The notes under the pieces are model-generated. The model was not told the origin of the DNA, ran no database searches, and was given only the letters and a program-made list of their open reading frames with translations. A stretch of 64,000 nucleotides of DNA. Origin: Macrostomum lignano. Taxonomy: Eukaryota. The DNA lies in contig NIVC01000591.1 of NCBI GenBank assembly GCA_002269645.1, positions 496,001 to 560,000 on the forward strand, written 5' to 3'. The translations under genes and the position numbers were made by a program. Below, piece by piece: positions 61,848 to 64,000 of the stretch (its first letter is position 1; each line of letters begins with the position of its first letter).

Positions 61848-63940
61848 CCTTGGGTGCTGGCGCCCCTTGGTGCTGGCGCCCCTTGGTGCTTGCGCCCCTT
61901 GGTGCTGGCGCCCCTTGGTGCTGGCGCCCCTTGGTGCTGGCGCCCCTTGGTGCTAAAGCCCCTTGGTGCTGGCGCCCCTTGGTGCTAAAGCCCCTTGGTG
62001 CTAAAGCCCCTTGGTGCTAAAGCCCCTTGGTGCTAAAGCCCCTTGGTGCTAAAGCCCCTTGGTGCTGGCGCCCCTTGGTGCTGGCGCCCCTTGGTGCTGG
62101 CGCCCCTTGGTGCTGGCGCCCCTTGGTGCTGGCGCCCCTTGGTGCTAAAGCCCCTTGGTGCTAAAGCCCCTTGGTGCTAAAGCCCCTTGGTGCTAAAGCC
62201 CCTTGGTGCTAAAGCCCCTTGGTGCTAAAGCCCCTTGGTGCTAAAGCCCCTTGGTGCTAAAGCCCCTTGGTGCTAAAGCCCCTTGGTGCTAAAGCCCCTT
62301 GGTGCTAAAGCCCCTTGGTGCTAAAGCCCCTTTGTGCTAAAGCCCCTTGGTGCTAAAGCCCCTTGGTGCTAAAGCCCCTTGGTGCTAAAGCCCCTTTGTG
62401 CTAAAGCCCCTTGGTGCTAAAGCCCCTTGGTGCTAAAGCCCCTTGGTGCTAAAGCCCCTTGGTGCTAAAGCCCCTTGGTGCTAAAGCCCCTTGGTGCTAA
62501 AGCCCCTTGGTGCTAAAGCCCCTTGGTGCTAAAGCCCCTTGGTGCTAAAGCCCCTTGGTGCTAAAGCCCCTTGGTGCTAAAGCCCCTTGGTGCTAAAGCC
62601 CCTTGGTGCTAAAGCCCCTTGGTGCTAAAGCCCCTTGGTGCTAAAGCCCCTTGGTGCTAAAGCCCCTTGGTGCTAAAGCCCCTTGGTGCTAAAGCCCCTT
62701 GGTGCTAAAGCCCCTTGGTGCTAAAGCCCCTTGGTGCTAAAGCCCCTTGGTGCTAAAGCCCCTTGGTGCTAAAGCCCCTTGGTGCTAAAGCCCCTTGGTG
62801 CTAAAGCCCCTTGGTGCTAAAGCCCCTTGGTGCTAAAGCCCCTTGGTGCTAAAGCCCCTTGGTGCTAAAGCCCCTTGGTGCTAAAGCCCCTTGGTGCTAA
62901 AGCCCCTTGGTGCTAAAGCCCCTTGGTGCTAAAGCCCCTTGGTGCTAAAGCCCCTTGGTGCTAAAGCCCCTTGGTGCTAAAGCCCCTTGGTGCTAAAGCC
63001 CCTTGGTGCTAAAGCCCCTTGGTGCTAAAGCCCCTTGGTGCTAAAGCCCCTTGGTGCTAAAGCCCCTTGGTGCTAAAGCCCCTTGGTGCTAAAGCCCCTT
63101 GGTGCTAAAGCCCCTTGGTGCTAAAGCCCCTTGGTGCTAAAGCCCCTTGGTGCTAAAGCCCCTTGGTGCTAAAGCCCCTTGGTGCTAAAGCCCCTTGGTG
63201 CTAAAGCCCCTTGGTGCTAAAGCCCCTTGGTGCTAAAGCCCCTTGGTGCTAAAGCCCCTTGGTGCTAAAGCCCCTTGGTGCTAAAGCCCCTTGGTGCTAA
63301 AGCCCCTTGGTGCTAAAGCCCCTTGGTGCTAAAGCCCCTTGGTGCTAAAGCCCCTTGGTGCTAAAGCCCCTTGGTGCTAAAGCCCCTTGGTGCTAAAGCC
63401 CCTTGGTGCTAAAGCCCCTTGGTGCTAAAGCCCCTTGGTGCTAAAGCCCCTTGGTGCTAAAGCCCCTTGGTGCTAAAGCCCCTTGGTGCTAAAGCCCCTT
63501 GGTGCTAAAGCCCCTTGGTGCTAAAGCCCCTTGGTGCTAAAGCCCCTTGGTGCTAAAGCCCCTTGGTGCTAAAGCCCCTTGGTGCTAAAGCCCCTTGGTG
63601 CTAAAGCCCCTTGGTGCTAAAGCCCCTTGGTGCTAAAGCCCCTTGGTGCTAAAGCCCCTTGGTGCTAAAGCCCCTTGGTGCTAAAGCCCCTTGGTGCTAA
63701 AGCCCCTTGGTGCTAAAGCCCCTTGGTGCTAAAGCCCCTTGGTGCTAAAGCCCCTTGGTGCTAAAGCCCCTTGGTGCTAAAGCCCTTGGTGCTCTGCCGC
63801 TGGATCTGTCTGTGGGCCATACTTCCAGGGGCATATAGCCCGAGAGGCCACGCTTGGGACCAGGTCTCAAGGCCTGGTGCTAAAGCCCCTTGGTGCTAAA
63901 GCCCCTTGGTGCTAAAGCCCCTTGGTGCTAAAGCCCCTTG
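61848..63940. repeat. 16-bp minisatellite GGTGCTAAAGCCCCTT (variant GGTGCTGGCGCCCCTT), laminin intron 15
   Basis: Near-homogeneous over ~1.6 kb; unique interruption at ~63790-63875. Confidence 0.97.
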
Positions 63941-64000
63941 ACTTAATTGACTTAGCTGCAGGGGGCTCCGTGTGTCCGGAAGCAGCGAGAAGGCGTAGCC

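Overview
Animal (eukaryotic, spliced) genomic DNA holding two divergently oriented multi-exon genes. (1) Minus strand: an L-type voltage-gated Ca2+ channel alpha1 (Cav1) gene, ATG at 27421. I traced 22 frame-consistent GT-AG exon positions down to the domain IV pore helix (2513), with an EEEE filter. It continues off the left edge and has a duplicated 107-nt IIIS3 exon pair (probably mutually exclusive). (2) Plus strand: a laminin beta gene, ATG at 49879, with 15 exons to 61717 (signal peptide, LN, 13 LE, L4, coiled coil, 6-Cys L-beta knob). It continues off the right edge and carries two 1-nt frameshifts in short homopolymers. One Cav1 intron contains a young 5'-truncated Penelope-like retroelement (RT + GIY-YIG) bracketed by a 194-bp inverted repeat, each arm carrying a minimal hammerhead ribozyme motif, plus a nested fold-back MITE-like element. 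Also present: two tRNA-derived CORE-type SINE copies, a Tc1 transposase relic, and about 28 micro/minisatellite arrays (roughly 30% of the window by my hand estimate), almost all outside the Cav1 body. The repeat-stuffed style suggests a flatworm such as Macrostomum, but that is inference only. All coordinates were read by eye and no database searches were run.
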